Assembly: GCA_963782815.1 (NCBI GenBank)
Contig: CAWALG010000032.1
Span: 65,072 to 129,071, forward strand
Direction of reading: 5' to 3'
DNA from: an uncultured Acidobacteriota bacterium
Lineage (GTDB): Bacteria > Acidobacteriota > Thermoanaerobaculia > UBA5066 > Gp7-AA6
DNA: 64,000 nt
Of this stretch, positions 63,101-64,000 are shown piece after piece; within the stretch, counting starts at the first letter, position 1, and the number at the start of each line of letters is the position of its first letter. Below the pieces are notes generated by a model. It was not told the origin of the DNA. It ran no database searches and worked only from the letters and a program-made list of their open reading frames with translations. The position numbers were made by a program, and so were the translations under genes.

Positions 63101-63578
63101 GCTCCTTCCTGGCGTCGGGGCGCTCGTAGATCGCCTTCAGGGTGTCCACGGTCGGCCCGTAACCAAGCTCGCCGTTCTCCTCGATCCTCTCCACTTTCCC
63201 GTTCTCGGCGTGAAGAACGACATCGTCCATGGAGAGAATCCCGACGAGCCGCCCATCGCCGTCGAGGACGGGCAGGCGCCGCACCTTCTTGTTCTTCATC
63301 GTTTCGAGGGCGTCGAGGACATCCTCCTCGGGACTGCAGGCGTACACACCCCTGGACATCACGTCCGTCACGGCAATCCTGGCCGCGGGAAGCCGGCGCG
63401 GTCCCAGCGCAAGACAGATGTCCCGGTCGGTGATCATGCCGACGACTCTGTTCTCCGGATCGACGACGGGAACCGCGCCGCATTCGTTCGCCTCCATGAT
63501 CACGACGACTTGCGCCACGGAGGCGTCCGTGCCGGCGGACTTCACATCGGAGATCATCAGCGACTGGACGTTCATCAC
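63084..63578 (-). CDS. CBS-pair domain protein
   Basis: Intact 164 aa. VVGMITDRDICL, VRRLPVLDGDGRLVGILSMDDVVL, TLKAIYERP. Confidence 0.85.
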   Translation of the reverse strand: MMNVQSLMISDVKSAGTDASVAQVVVIMEANECGAVPVVDPENRVVGMITDRDICLALGPRRLPAARIAVTDVMSRGVYACSPEEDVLDALETMKNKKVRRLPVLDGDGRLVGILSMDDVVLHAENGKVERIEENGELGYGPTVDTLKAIYERPDARKELIAHP

Positions 63579-63595
63579 CCACCTCCCCGGGCCGC

Positions 63596-63639
63596 ATCGT
63601 GTTTGGGTCCTGCGCGGTTCGCCAGATTCAGGCGCATCA
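63596..63639 (-). promoter_or_regulatory. operator/promoter site E: TGATGCGCCTGAATCT, 22 nt, CACGAT
   Basis: Palindrome at 63624-63639 and hexamer at 63596-63601. 17 nt (with GGGGAGG) to the CBS GTG at 63578. Confidence 0.55.
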
Positions 63640-63733
63640 ATCGGCGGCGTCGGGTCGGGAGCTGATGAAAACGGCCCATGCGAAACCCGGCCGGAGCGAG
63701 CAGGATATGAGGGACGGCGGCGCGGGAGGAGCC

Positions 63734-64000
63734 ATGACGAAATCAGACTCGGGCCCCGTCGTTGCGACCGAGTACTGGCACCGGCTCGAGGACGGCCGGA
63801 TTCAGTGCGATGTGTGTCCGCGGTTCTGCGCGCTGCGGGAAGGTCAGCGCGGCCTCTGTTTCGTGCGCGCCCGGCAGGACGACCGGATCGTCCTGACGAC
63901 CTACGGGAGATCGAGCGGGTTCTGCGTCGATCCGATCGAGAAGAAGCCGCTCCACCACTTCCTCCCCGGGACAGCGGTCCTCTCCTTCGGCACGGAAGGC
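63734..64000 (+). CDS. radical SAM activase-like protein, N-terminal fragment (AmmeMemoRadiSam-type, tentative)
   Basis: Own translation: MTKSDSGPVVATEYWHRLEDGRIQCDVCPRFCALREGQRGLCFVRARQDDRIVLTTYGRSSGFCVDPIEKKPLHHFLPG. The gene continues past the window edge. Confidence 0.55.
   Translation, partial: MTKSDSGPVVATEYWHRLEDGRIQCDVCPRFCALREGQRGLCFVRARQDDRIVLTTYGRSSGFCVDPIEKKPLHHFLPGTAVLSFGTEG

Noticed and set aside
53087-63639. The TGAT-N8-ATCA palindromes, considered as Fur-family (7-1-7, TGATAAT-N-ATTATCA) or FNR (TTGAT-N4-ATCAA) boxes.
   Set aside because: The spacing is wrong (N8 rather than N7 or N4). The inner positions are GC-rich rather than AT-rich. The geometry fits GTA-N8-TAC-like sites better.

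Overview
Very GC-rich, gene-dense bacterial chromosomal segment with about 60 protein genes. I saw no rRNA, tRNA or CRISPR.

Gene order, left to right:
- arginine deiminase (partial), rmuC, purB, rlpA, an ABC-2 exporter
- an ornithine-cyclodeaminase / threonine-dehydratase-like pair
- a DUF559 gene bracketed by GC-rich palindromic repeats
- a cNMP-binding histidine kinase with a response-regulator::thioredoxin-reductase fusion
- Fpg/Nei, a di-haem DUF1111 protein, GNAT, ddl, serA
- a molybdenum-cofactor operon (mobA-moaC-moaB-DUF1343-mobB), ribBA
- two tandem PQQ-like beta-propeller paralogues with Pro/Thr linkers
- a beta-oxidation operon (fadD-type ligase, thiolase, FadJ-type, ACAD) plus an M20 peptidase
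- a ~1380-aa CarboxypepD_reg repeat protein
- an ECF sigma / anti-sigma / Spy-like module
- from ~49.6 kb to the right edge, a stress/dormancy-type island: P-type ATPase, 4 CBS-pair proteins, 3 USP genes (one tandem), a BON protein, an HPF/RaiA-like protein, PRTase-DUF5335, GNAT::ADP-forming acyl-CoA synthetase, a UbiA prenyltransferase, and the start of a radical-SAM gene.

Most interesting signal: a 16-bp palindrome TGAT(G/T)C-N6-ATC(T/A) occurs five times. Each copy lies exactly 22 nt upstream of an xAnnnT hexamer and in front of a CBS or USP gene. I read this as a predicted regulon with NtcA-like class-II promoter geometry. Two of the USP mRNAs appear leaderless.

Other non-genic structure is three intergenic repeat families:
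- GC-rich REP-like hairpins
- GTCATCC-GAGCGAAGCGAAGGATC inverted pairs
- hairpins and tandems built from 7-nt units

About 27 genes, including essential ones, are interrupted by roughly 45-50 single-base frame changes, concentrated at 2.7-17 kb. This looks like assembly indel error rather than gene decay.

Many long ORFs in the track are antisense or composite artefacts of high GC. Coordinates of repeats and motifs were counted by hand from start/stop anchors and may be off by 1-2 nt.
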